DNA from: an uncultured bacterium
GTDB taxonomy: Bacteria; Patescibacteriota; Minisyncoccia; Phycocordibacterales; GWA1-40-21
Reading direction: 5' to 3'
Assembly: GCA_903824735.1 (NCBI GenBank)
Contig: CAIJXO010000109.1
Coordinates: 1 to 26,334 of the forward strand
Length of the DNA: 26,334 bases
Each line of letters opens with the position of its first letter. Within the stretch, counting starts at the first letter, position 1. The notes below the pieces were generated by a model. The model saw only the letters and a list, made by a program, of their open reading frames with translations. It ran no database searches and was not told the origin of the DNA. Below are positions 8,701-17,049 of the stretch, piece after piece. Made by a program: the position numbers and the translations under genes.

Positions 8701-10090
8701 TATGGGGGGAGCTTTCCAAGCCGTCTCAAATATCGGCATAAATTCTATCACTTCAATATCTTTAACTCAATCTGGGTCACTGTCGACAAGTCAAATCAGC
8801 TCGGTTAAAATTTACTATAAGGAGTCTGCGGCGGGAATCTGTTATGCTGGCACGGTATTTCCTGCTGGTACAACACTTTTTGGTACCGGTACAGTCTGGT
8901 CACAAAACAAAGTTACTCTTAATGGCACAATGTCAGTCGGCACAAATCCCGTCTGCCTTTATGTCATATTTGATCTTACTGGTACTGTATCTTTTGCCAA
9001 TTTATTTTTTGATGTGGATTTACAAATTATTGATCCCGTCAATGATATTACTTCCGACCAAGTCACTGTCTTGCCATCTACTCCCGTAGACATTACCGGT
9101 GTCACAATGATTGTCGGAGGGTCAAGTGGATATCCGACAATTAGCTTTAGTGCAGCTAGTACCTCTGTGTCCACCGTTTCGGGTAGTACTACATTAAGCT
9201 GGAGTACTGGGTATTATCCGCACACCTGCACTGCTTCAGGTGATAATGGTACTGGTGGTGAGTGGATAACTGGCACATCACTCAATACTACTTCTGGCTC
9301 GGCTTTAACCGGCGCTCTTACCGCACATCGCTCTTACGTTTTTACAATTACTTGTACAAACAATATTGGCTCTACAGTTGCCAGTGTGAGCGTTGTTGCG
9401 ACAAATCCCAATGCCCCGATTTTGACATTTAGCGCAAATCCGACAAGTGTCGCCTCAGGTACCGCTTCAAGATTAACCTGGACACTTGGTGGTGGCCCTA
9501 TCAATGTGCCCACATCTTGTCTCGCTTCAAACGCTTGGAGTGGAAATCCAGCCGTTGACGGGGGGACTTATGACACCCCTGCTTTGACCTCAAACAAGAT
9601 ATATACGTTAGCTTGTGGTAACTCTTTCGGTACTACCACTCGATCTGTCGGCGTCTCGGTTATCGGCGAGCCAGCCGAGCCAGATACTTGTGGTCCGGAC
9701 TATTACTGGGTTATCAGAGGTACACCATGTACAACAGGTGGCGGCGGAGGTGTGGGGGGAGAAATTGGCGATGCTTTTTCTTTAACAATGGAGGATGAAT
9801 CCATAAATCCAACTGTCTTTTACTTCTGGAATAATGGAGCCAACACTTCACTTTATATGAGACAAGGTGCTGATGGTCCAGATCAAATCGTCAAGAAGTT
9901 GACGGCCGATGGTTTAAATATTACCGCGGGGAATTTTACCGGTTTGAATTGTGTGAGTGGTAGTACAAAATGTAATGGTGTGAAAATACATATTGATTTG
10001 GAAAAGAGGGGGATAGATGGGAGTCTACAAAACTATACAATAGAAAAAACCTTCAAGACCACCGTCAACAGTAGAACAAATAATAATTAA
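5729..10090 (+). CDS. Large secreted adhesin-like protein (~1453 aa): beta-helix-like repeats, Ig/PKD-like domains and a C-terminal minor-pilin-like half domain
   Basis: Signal peptide MFFKKGLKLFILGAGIFLLFLLSSYGTASA; T/G/S/N-rich GGTF repeats; W.G...NW caps; two SW...C.AS..W...LT....Y...C Ig-like units; a Gly linker, then SLTMEDESINPTVF...KTTVNSR. ATG 5729 lies 4 nt after the stop of the short pilin. Confidence 0.8.
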   Translation: MFFKKGLKLFILGAGIFLLFLLSSYGTASAATYYWVGNSDNSGVTSVNTNWNTSAVACGTTGNKIAAFTTSDILNFTSTCTSNAAIDANLSIATFTMSAGYSGAVTQNAGITLTASTAFSQAAGTFNGSAAAISLGSFTQTGGTFNSTSGTLTITRDGTVWTHVSGQGTFVPGSGTVSFGNGTGAVNPTINATGETFYNLTLNELTNINFLTVTGTITVNGTLLNTKGYIKTGTVNAKGPVTFASACGGVVASASIVANGTTAAQVVTFGGGTSWVPNITINNASATVVYNGTTTFASLTLTAFSGTFDLGVYPLTMSGTGAFSQAGGTFNGGTATMTVGSFTLTGGTFNSTSGTLAIGSNGTNFTHVAGQGTFNPGSGTVSFTGGAFNNIINATGETFNNLTVNLSSTNNTVTVTGTITVNGTLTYLRGLITSGIVQAKGPVVFTSGASVVGTATLLVNGSGAQSVTFGAGSFVGKLTINNASATVVYNGASTLASLDIANGTFALGGNNITVASNFIVGPSGNFKRYGNETITTTPPSFSAGSTATYNGTAASYTLPNYTYTNAHVIIDAPSADTVYNLAANLSSTDLTVASGVLNQRSYSITNSDTITIASTGSWMGTSTGAVTIGTGGVSNAGSISLISPTSILIRSTVTGAQRPWVGLGYYGMTGVDVKDQGGTSPITVYGGIHSGNNDVNWYFSDIPTSPDRIWKGQTSALWSVASNWFEGSVPASTSNAIFSASYKNPATFDANATSPANVIINSGYTSTVTLAKNMSLTAFTQRAGTFNASSYNFTTTGNLSQTAGTFSGGSGVIDIGGNLTVSGGTFTPSTATTSVFGNFDSTGGTISASAGTIDFDGGSQTITGTTTFYSLNKVVSSAANLIFGAGQTFTVMGTTTLHGSSGQLLTIKSSSTPAQWMFDPQGGLDLAYVTVKDSNNISSSTTGLYPTISANNYVGITDGTNNTNWTFTLPTITISATGTQATSTPLPASTYMGGAFQAVSNIGINSITSISLTQSGSLSTSQISSVKIYYKESAAGICYAGTVFPAGTTLFGTGTVWSQNKVTLNGTMSVGTNPVCLYVIFDLTGTVSFANLFFDVDLQIIDPVNDITSDQVTVLPSTPVDITGVTMIVGGSSGYPTISFSAASTSVSTVSGSTTLSWSTGYYPHTCTASGDNGTGGEWITGTSLNTTSGSALTGALTAHRSYVFTITCTNNIGSTVASVSVVATNPNAPILTFSANPTSVASGTASRLTWTLGGGPINVPTSCLASNAWSGNPAVDGGTYDTPALTSNKIYTLACGNSFGTTTRSVGVSVIGEPAEPDTCGPDYYWVIRGTPCTTGGGGGVGGEIGDAFSLTMEDESINPTVFYFWNNGANTSLYMRQGADGPDQIVKKLTADGLNITAGNFTGLNCVSGSTKCNGVKIHIDLEKRGIDGSLQNYTIEKTFKTTVNSRTNNN
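6080..7230 (+). repeat. Tandem intragenic duplication, two ~200-aa units
   Basis: AFSQAAGTFNG (6080) and AFSQAGGTFNG (6692) are 612 nt apart. The units share GGTFNSTSGTL, GQGTF.PGSGTVSF, INATGETF.NLT, VTGTITVNGTL, AKGPV.F and TINNASATVVYNG. Confidence 0.85.
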
Positions 10091-10095
10091 TCATA

Positions 10096-10539
10096 ATGAA
10101 CTATCAAAAAGGCTTTATTGCTCTCATCACTATACTCTCAGCGAGTGCGATTGCTCTTTTGATTAGTTCTACTATTTTACTGAAATCTGTTACGGAGGCG
10201 ACTTATAGTATAGATGAGGAATCGTCGGCCAAAGCCTGGGCGACGGTCAATGCTTGTGGTGAATATGCTTTATATAATCTGGCGAGTACGACAAATAGCG
10301 GTGGTAGCGAATGGTATACTTTTAATTCTGCGGGGGACGGCATGTCATTAGATATTGGTGATACTGAACATTCGTGCTATATTTATACTATCGTAGGTAC
10401 TACGGTAAGCACCTCGAGCCCACGGATAATTCACGCTTCGAGCACGGTTAACAACTTCACTCGCAAGCTGTCAATTACCGCCGCAACGAATACACCATCG
10501 GTTATTGTTAGTTCGTGGTCAGAAGTGGCAGATTTTTAA
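10096..10539 (+). CDS. Minor pilin (PilX/GspK-like, no Glu5)
   Basis: QKG|FIALITILSASAIALLISS lacks Glu5; A.ATVNACGEYAL.NL; CYI; HASSTVNNFTRKLSI; SSWSEVADF. Confidence 0.8.
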   Translation: MNYQKGFIALITILSASAIALLISSTILLKSVTEATYSIDEESSAKAWATVNACGEYALYNLASTTNSGGSEWYTFNSAGDGMSLDIGDTEHSCYIYTIVGTTVSTSSPRIIHASSTVNNFTRKLSITAATNTPSVIVSSWSEVADF

Positions 10540-10547
10540 AATATTTT

Positions 10548-11852
10548 ATGGCCTTTAAAGATAAGTTAAAAGAGACATTAACCATCAAGTTTGATAAAGC
10601 CTTCGGCTTGGATATTTCCGACCGCTCGGTGGAAATTATTGAACTTGAAAAAGTCTTTCGTTTTTCCGTGACTACTTATGGACGCGAGGAGCTACCAGCT
10701 GGAGTAGTGGAGAATGGTAAAATTGTCGATGCTAATGCTCTGGCTTTAAAGCTTAAAACTCTTTTGAAGGAGGTTAAACCGAAGCGCGTCTCGACCAATA
10801 AGACGATTATTTCTCTTCCCGAAACTCAAGTTTTTATCGAATGCTTTACAATCGAAGCTACTTTGAAGTCAGCCGAGCTCAATCAAGCCATTCTCGACAA
10901 GATATCGACGATTTTACCACTTAATCCCGACAAGATGTATTGGGATTTTATTCGCAAGCCACTGCCCGATAAGACAAAAGCTTTGATTATTTTTGTCGGA
11001 GTACCGCGTGATATTGCGTCTGGTTATGTAAAATTCTGTAATTCAATCGGTCTTGAAGTTGTATCACTTTCCGTCGAATCCTTAAGTCTAGCCCGAGCCA
11101 TTTTAAAGAAAAGCGATCGTCAGAGTCTGATTATGGATATTGGTACTTTATCTACTAGTCTGAATTTCTTTGACAGTAATGACTGTGCTCAAATGTCAGT
11201 TATAATTCCAATGGCCGGACAGAATTTTACAGATGCTATTAAGGCTAAGCTTAACATCGAGCCAGCTGATGCCGACGAGCTAAAGGCTAAGTTTGGCTTC
11301 AAAAATGGTTCGGAGAATAATATTAAAAAAGTTGTTTTACCAGTACTAGACGAGATGATGAAGGAGGTCAAAGCAGCTATTAGTTACTATGAGGAGAATT
11401 TTAAGCAAAAGCTCGACGATGTCTATTTGATTGGTGGATCAGCCTTGATGCCGGGGATTGCTGAGGAAATTAAGTTGCGAATAGATCGACCAATTCAAAT
11501 TGCTGAAAGCGGTCATAATATCAGTCTAAAATCTTTGACCGGTAAGGCGGGGAATAGTTTCCCTTTGTTTGCAAACGTAATCGGACTTGGTATGCTCGGT
11601 GCGAGCGGTGAATTCCAAGATATCAATCTTTTAAAGAAGATGCCAAGAGCTGAGGTAAACGCAATCGATAAACTTAATCTTTTTAAACTCGGCTATTTAA
11701 GTAAAGTGAATACCGTTCGCGCAGTTTTTAATAACAAATATGTTTTGATTACGGTTATTATCTTAATCGGCGTGATTTTTGCTGTTCTCCTCCAGCAAGC
11801 CAAGAATTTTGGTTATGCGTCAGTTTCTTCTTCGGTCACTGCTGGTTTTTAA
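10548..11852 (+). CDS. pilM: PilM (actin-like pilus assembly protein) with C-terminal INLL motif + TM extension
   Basis: FGLDISDRSVEII, ISLPE, IMDIGT, VYLIGGSALMPGI and IGLGM, followed by DINLL and a hydrophobic helix YVLITVIILIGVIFAVLL. ATG 10548 is preferred. Confidence 0.82.
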   Translation: MAFKDKLKETLTIKFDKAFGLDISDRSVEIIELEKVFRFSVTTYGREELPAGVVENGKIVDANALALKLKTLLKEVKPKRVSTNKTIISLPETQVFIECFTIEATLKSAELNQAILDKISTILPLNPDKMYWDFIRKPLPDKTKALIIFVGVPRDIASGYVKFCNSIGLEVVSLSVESLSLARAILKKSDRQSLIMDIGTLSTSLNFFDSNDCAQMSVIIPMAGQNFTDAIKAKLNIEPADADELKAKFGFKNGSENNIKKVVLPVLDEMMKEVKAAISYYEENFKQKLDDVYLIGGSALMPGIAEEIKLRIDRPIQIAESGHNISLKSLTGKAGNSFPLFANVIGLGMLGASGEFQDINLLKKMPRAEVNAIDKLNLFKLGYLSKVNTVRAVFNNKYVLITVIILIGVIFAVLLQQAKNFGYASVSSSVTAGF

Positions 11853-11855
11853 GTT

Positions 11856-13037
11856 ATGACAACACATTCAAAGTCACGGACACTTTTTGCGGTTTATTTG
11901 ATGGGCTTTTTGATTGCTTTCCATACCGCCCTACCGACTTATATCAATTCCAGCTTTCTGAATGTTTTCTTGTCAGAGAATTTGGTGGGGGTCGTCTATG
12001 TTTTGGGATCGATTTTTACAATCATCAGCTTTTTCTTCACACCTTCTATCCTAAGAAGATTTGGTAATTATAAGACTGCCTTATTCTTGATTATTCTTGA
12101 GATCTGTTCGTTGGTGGGCCTAGCCTTTTTAAATAGTTCACCTTGGCTACTCTTACTATTTATGTTGAACCTCGTCACCATTCCACTTGTCTATTTTCTA
12201 ACGGATATCTTTTTGGAAAGTGCTTCGACTAATGGCAAAACTGGTATTGTGCGTGGTGTTTATCTAACGGCCGTAAATCTTGCTTGGGCCGCCTCGCCCC
12301 TTATTAGCGGCCTAATCTTGACCGATGGGGATTATTGGAAAATTTATTTAGCGTCAGCCGTCTTTTTGCTGCCAGTTATTTTGATCTTGCTGACGGACTT
12401 GAGACGGCATAAAGATTCGGAATATCAGACGACTAGGGTCTGGCAGACGACCAAGATAATCTGGCGCAATGTCAATCTGCGCAATATCTTCCTTGCTAAC
12501 TTTCTCTTACTCTTTTTCTATTCTTGGATGACAATTTATACGCCTCTATATCTACATAAAGATCTGGGCTTCTCTTGGGGAGAAATCGGCGTGATTTTTA
12601 GTATTATGTTGTTACCGTTTGTCTTTATACAATTACCTCTCGGTCGTCTGGCTGATACCAGATGGGGAGAAAAAGAAATACTAAGTTGGGGATTTGTAAT
12701 TATGGCGATTGCGACCGGCACTCTGTCTTTTGTCGGTCCTGGACAGATGTTCTTGCTAGCGGGTGTTTTATTTATCACCAGGATTGGGGCTGCCGCGGTT
12801 GAGATTATGTGCGATACCTATTTTTTCAAAAAAGTAGATAGTCAAGACACCAATGTTATAAGTTTTTTCAGAATGTGCGGACTGTCCGCTTATGTGATCG
12901 GGCCATTATTTGCGACAGTCATTATCAACCTCTTTTCCTTCGAGATTAAGTATCTATTTCTAGTCTTGAGTTTGATAATGTTTATTGGTCTCAAGTTTAG
13001 TTTGGGCATCAAAGATACCAAACCTACACTCCAATAA
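11856..13037 (+). CDS. Major facilitator superfamily transporter
   Basis: About 12 hydrophobic helices; ILRRFGNYK and LGRLADTRWGEK loop motifs; GIVRGVY.TA.NLAW..SP. Confidence 0.88.
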   Translation: MTTHSKSRTLFAVYLMGFLIAFHTALPTYINSSFLNVFLSENLVGVVYVLGSIFTIISFFFTPSILRRFGNYKTALFLIILEICSLVGLAFLNSSPWLLLLFMLNLVTIPLVYFLTDIFLESASTNGKTGIVRGVYLTAVNLAWAASPLISGLILTDGDYWKIYLASAVFLLPVILILLTDLRRHKDSEYQTTRVWQTTKIIWRNVNLRNIFLANFLLLFFYSWMTIYTPLYLHKDLGFSWGEIGVIFSIMLLPFVFIQLPLGRLADTRWGEKEILSWGFVIMAIATGTLSFVGPGQMFLLAGVLFITRIGAAAVEIMCDTYFFKKVDSQDTNVISFFRMCGLSAYVIGPLFATVIINLFSFEIKYLFLVLSLIMFIGLKFSLGIKDTKPTLQ

Positions 13038-14967
13038 TAACGGGGATGACCATTGGCTTCTTGGCCGTCTTTTGAAAGAGGTACTTACTAATAGCGTCAG
13101 TAACTTGGTTTTTGACATAATCAAAGTCGATTGGCTTCATGTGCGCCGCGCTAGTCTCGATTGTTCTTTTGACGATGTGTCTAGTCTCAGTTAGTAGCTC
13201 TTGTGATTCACGTAAATAGACGAAACCACGAGAGATAATATCTGGCGATTTCTTGAGCTTACAGGTGGTAGTATTAATACTTGCAATAATGACAAACATT
13301 CCGTCCTGAGCGAGCATTTGGCGATCGCGGATAACTACCTCTTGGATATTACCGATTGAGAATCCATCTACCATGACAAGTCCTGATGGAGCTTTTTCTT
13401 TTAGCACCTGCATCTTCAACCCCTTTTCTGTTTCGCTGATTTCAACGACGCTACCATTGTCTGGGACAATAATGTTTTCCCTTGGTGTGCCCATTGATAC
13501 CGCCATGTCAGCATTCATCTTCAGCATGTAGTGATGTCCGTGAACAGGCATAAAGAACTTGTGCGGAATCTGCTTTTGAATCCAAGCTAGTTCTTCGTGT
13601 TTACCGTGACCGCTCGCATGCACATCGGTATCGTGATAGGTGATGATTTTGGAATCATGACGGAAGAGATTGTCTTTTAATCCAGTAATAGCGCGTTCGT
13701 TTCCAGGGATAACGGACGAAGAAAGAATAATCGTATCAGTCTTGTTTAATTTGATTTGCTTGTGAGTATTATTTGACATACGCATCAAGGCAGCAAATTC
13801 CTCACCTTGCGCTCCGGTCGCCAAGAACATCAATTTGTGTGGGGGATAATCAGCGATATCTTCAACGGAAATAATATGTTCGACATCAGCGAGCTTAAGG
13901 AATTTGATTATCTCCATGTTGTTCTTCATGGCGCGTCCTTCGATCACCAGTTTCTTGCCGTGTTTTTTGGCAATACCGATAAATTTGATAATTCTTTCGA
14001 CTTGAGAAGCAAAAGTGGCAATGATAATACGGCCCGGCACTTCACCGACAATCTTATCAATAGTTTTAACCACCACATCCTCCGAAATAGTCCAACCGGG
14101 CTTTTCGACACCAGTGGAGTCCATGGTAAGTAGGATGACGTTGCGATCCTTGAAGAATTTGTATTGCTCGTATTCTTCAGGGACGACGACGCCATTGTGA
14201 TTTTCCACACGCACATCACCAGTGTTTACGATATCACCAAAGGGGGTATTTATAATCACACCAGTTGAATCGGGAATCGAGTGAGTTAGACCAAAGAATT
14301 TTAATTTAAGTTCGGGTGTAAGGGGAATAAAGCCATCATCTTTACCACAGATTTTAATGTTTAATTCTGGTAGGTGTGGAAATTCTGTCTGGCGCTTTTT
14401 AATCAAAAGGGCACCGAATTCACGAGTGTAAATTGGTGGATTGCCTAGTCTTTCGATTAAGTAAGGGATAGCGCCAATATGGTCAAGGTGACCGTGGGTG
14501 ATGACAAGGGCGCGGATTTTACCACGTCTTTCTTCCAAGTATTTAGTATTTGGTAAGATATAGTCGATACCAGGTGTCTCTTCAGTTTTGAACTGGATAC
14601 CAGCATCGATGACAATGATGTCATTCTTGTACTCAATTGCCATCATATTCTTACCGACTTCTTCGACTCCACCTAGGGGGATGATGCGAATCGTCTTATC
14701 CTTTAGGGCCGGCACGACATCCTCAAATTTCTTGTGTGTACTTGGACCAGTCTTTCGTACTGGAGCCTGCCTTCGGGTATTTTTCAATTGCTTCTTGGCA
14801 TTGTGCTGTAAGCCAGGCATTGATGATAGATTATTATTGGTGCGAATCGGGTGATGTACATGATCGCGCGCTTGTCTTAAGACCAAGCTATCGGCATGAA
14901 ATGGAGCAGAGCGCCTTCTTTCACCGCCACTATTCGTACTGTTCGTAGTGTTGTTTGTTGGGTTCAT
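13024..14967 (-). CDS. rnj: Ribonuclease J with ~90-aa N-terminal low-complexity extension
   Basis: IRIIPLGGVEEVGKNM, THGHLDHIG, THSIPD, TGD, GAQGE, HASGH, PVHG, RDRQMLAQDG and PDIISRGFVY. Confidence 0.95.
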   Translation of the reverse strand: MNPTNNTTNSTNSGGERRRSAPFHADSLVLRQARDHVHHPIRTNNNLSSMPGLQHNAKKQLKNTRRQAPVRKTGPSTHKKFEDVVPALKDKTIRIIPLGGVEEVGKNMMAIEYKNDIIVIDAGIQFKTEETPGIDYILPNTKYLEERRGKIRALVITHGHLDHIGAIPYLIERLGNPPIYTREFGALLIKKRQTEFPHLPELNIKICGKDDGFIPLTPELKLKFFGLTHSIPDSTGVIINTPFGDIVNTGDVRVENHNGVVVPEEYEQYKFFKDRNVILLTMDSTGVEKPGWTISEDVVVKTIDKIVGEVPGRIIIATFASQVERIIKFIGIAKKHGKKLVIEGRAMKNNMEIIKFLKLADVEHIISVEDIADYPPHKLMFLATGAQGEEFAALMRMSNNTHKQIKLNKTDTIILSSSVIPGNERAITGLKDNLFRHDSKIITYHDTDVHASGHGKHEELAWIQKQIPHKFFMPVHGHHYMLKMNADMAVSMGTPRENIIVPDNGSVVEISETEKGLKMQVLKEKAPSGLVMVDGFSIGNIQEVVIRDRQMLAQDGMFVIIASINTTTCKLKKSPDIISRGFVYLRESQELLTETRHIVKRTIETSAAHMKPIDFDYVKNQVTDAISKYLFQKTAKKPMVIPVIIGV

Positions 14968-14984
14968 TATTATTTATTATTAAA

Positions 14985-16730
14985 CTATTGAGCTAGAAAG
15001 TTCCAAACTTTATCGGTCTCGACGTACCATTTATAAATTTGTTCAAAACGCTCTGAGCGATTATTAATTAAACCGGAGCTAAAGCCCTGGATTTTTTGGG
15101 GTAGGGTGTAGATAAATTGAGGGGAGTATATAAAGATGGCGGGAATATCATTTTTTATTTCGGTTTCAAAGGCGGCGTAGTCTTTAAGGCGTTTAGTCAA
15201 ATCTGTTGTCTGGCGGGCCTCTTCGAGTAAATTATCGGCTTTAATATTGGCATACATAGCGACGTTATAACCAAGCACGCGTTGTGAAGAGTGCCAAAAG
15301 GCAAAAAGATCGAGGCTACGGCCGACAACCTGACCAAAAAGTAAAGCATCATATTTTCTCTGTCCGATGACGGTTTGGTTTAAATCGTTTTGATCGAAAG
15401 TCTGCACATCGACTTTGACTCCAAGTAGTGACCAGTCTTCTCTCAGCACCTCAGCGGTTTTCTTCAGGTCTTCAGTATTCGCGGTCGAGATAGTGAAAGC
15501 CAGGGTTTGAGTTTCTTTTTTACTAATAACTTTCTCCCAGATTTTCTTCGTCTCACTAAATTTCCAACCCGCCTTAGTAAGGACAGCTTGAGCTGACTTT
15601 ATCGCTTCAGCCCGATTGTAGAGGGCGGTAGTGGTGGCTGAACGTATACTACTTAAAATACCATCAGGTAGAGGGCTATCAATGCTTTCACCATAACCAC
15701 CCAAGACTTCATTGACGATACGGTCTCGATCGACAGTCATGTTTAACGCTTGTCGAACTTCTTTGTTTAAAAGAACTTTGTTTTGATTCTGGTTAAAGAA
15801 GACACCAAAAACTCTCGGCAGAGATATTCTCTTTTCATTAATGCTATCTAATTTTTTCAATGACTCCAAGCTCTGTGGCGATAGGGCGCTTGTGCTCTCA
15901 ATTTCGCCCGCAAGATAAGCGGAGACCAAATCTTTTTCATTTGGATAAAAATTAAGTCGAATATTAGTGATATATGGCTCCCCAAGAATATAGTTCTGAT
16001 AAGCTTTAAGCTCATATGAAGTTGGTATACCAGAACCGTTTTTATCAATATTCAATATTCTATATGGACCCGATCCGACCGCTGAAATATTAAAAGGACT
16101 GAAAGCCATATCGTCCGGGGTAGCACTTGACCAGATGTGCTTTGGCAAGATGCCGAGAGTTGTATTTTCGAGGAAAGGTGAGTATGGTTGCTTGAGTTCG
16201 AAAGAAATTTCACTTGGGCTAATCTTCTTAACGGTCACACCGGTCCAGTTTGTACGCTTAGGGCTACGCAGGGTGACATTCTGAGCCATTTCAATCGTGT
16301 ATTCAATATCATCGGCGGTTACCTTTACCCCGTCATGGAATCTTGCGTCGTCTCTAATTTTGAAAGTATAAGTCAAACCGTCGTCGGAGATTTTATAGCT
16401 TTCGGCTAAATCTGAAATCAATTTACCTTCCGAGGTGGCACGCATCAGACCTGAGTAGATTAAATAGGTAAGATCGCGGTCAGCATCGGACAATTCGAGG
16501 AGAGGATTGATGAAACGGGGGGAGCCGACTAATCCTTCGTTTAATGACCCACCATGAGCGGGCACAGCAGTGGTGAGGTGATCATTTAATCTGCCAAGTA
16601 AAGACAGGCCACTTATGATGGCGATTAATAAAAAGACAACAACCAAGGTCTTTTCGGTCAAAGTAAAAGCCTTAAAGGTATTGGCCAAATAATTGGTTTT
16701 TGTTTTATACAAAGATTTAATATTTAACAT
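14985..16730 (-). CDS. ABC-type peptide/nickel solute-binding protein (family 5, OppA/DppA-like), N-terminally membrane-anchored
   Basis: GGSLNEG..G.PRFINP, LIYSGLM, DLAESY.IS.DGLTYTFKIR.D..FHDG...TADD, VGSGPY, VRQAL....DR and FWHSSQ. Confidence 0.9.
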   Translation of the reverse strand: MLNIKSLYKTKTNYLANTFKAFTLTEKTLVVVFLLIAIISGLSLLGRLNDHLTTAVPAHGGSLNEGLVGSPRFINPLLELSDADRDLTYLIYSGLMRATSEGKLISDLAESYKISDDGLTYTFKIRDDARFHDGVKVTADDIEYTIEMAQNVTLRSPKRTNWTGVTVKKISPSEISFELKQPYSPFLENTTLGILPKHIWSSATPDDMAFSPFNISAVGSGPYRILNIDKNGSGIPTSYELKAYQNYILGEPYITNIRLNFYPNEKDLVSAYLAGEIESTSALSPQSLESLKKLDSINEKRISLPRVFGVFFNQNQNKVLLNKEVRQALNMTVDRDRIVNEVLGGYGESIDSPLPDGILSSIRSATTTALYNRAEAIKSAQAVLTKAGWKFSETKKIWEKVISKKETQTLAFTISTANTEDLKKTAEVLREDWSLLGVKVDVQTFDQNDLNQTVIGQRKYDALLFGQVVGRSLDLFAFWHSSQRVLGYNVAMYANIKADNLLEEARQTTDLTKRLKDYAAFETEIKNDIPAIFIYSPQFIYTLPQKIQGFSSGLINNRSERFEQIYKWYVETDKVWNFLAQ

Positions 16731-16756
16731 AGGAATAAAGAGAGAAAAGCTTCTCT

Positions 16757-16993
16757 TTATTTTACCATAATCACTAAGATGGAAGAAACGGCAAACAGCA
16801 CCGCAATAATGATTGTGAAGTAAAATAGTTTCTTTTCAAAACCACGACGAGTATGGAAACCGGCAGCAAAGTTATCACTACCACCAAAAGAGCCACCGAC
16901 ACCGGCTTCAGAACGCTGAATAAGAATAGCGATTATCAAAAGAATCGATAAAACTATCTCAATATAAGGTAATATGGCGACCAAACTACTCAT
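16757..16993 (-). CDS. secG: Preprotein translocase subunit SecG
   Basis: Two TM helices; ILIQRSEAGVGGSFGG...TRRGFEKKLFYFTII. Confidence 0.93.
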   Translation of the reverse strand: MSSLVAILPYIEIVLSILLIIAILIQRSEAGVGGSFGGSDNFAAGFHTRRGFEKKLFYFTIIIAVLFAVSSILVIMVK

Positions 16994-17001
16994 TGCTGTC
17001 T

Positions 17002-17042
17002 AGTATAGCATAGTGGTTTATAATTGCAAATCGTGGTATACT
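17002..17042. promoter_or_regulatory. Divergent extended -10 promoters for secG and lemA
   Basis: Minus strand TG-C-TATACT (17010-17002), 8 nt before the secG ATG; plus strand TG-G-TATACT (17034-17042), 7 nt before the lemA ATG. Confidence 0.6.
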
Positions 17043-17049
17043 CTTTCCT

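Noticed and set aside
16741-16756. Hairpin AGAGAA-AAGC-TTCTCT between secG and the SBP gene
   Set aside because: A weak AT-rich stem; insufficient to call a terminator.
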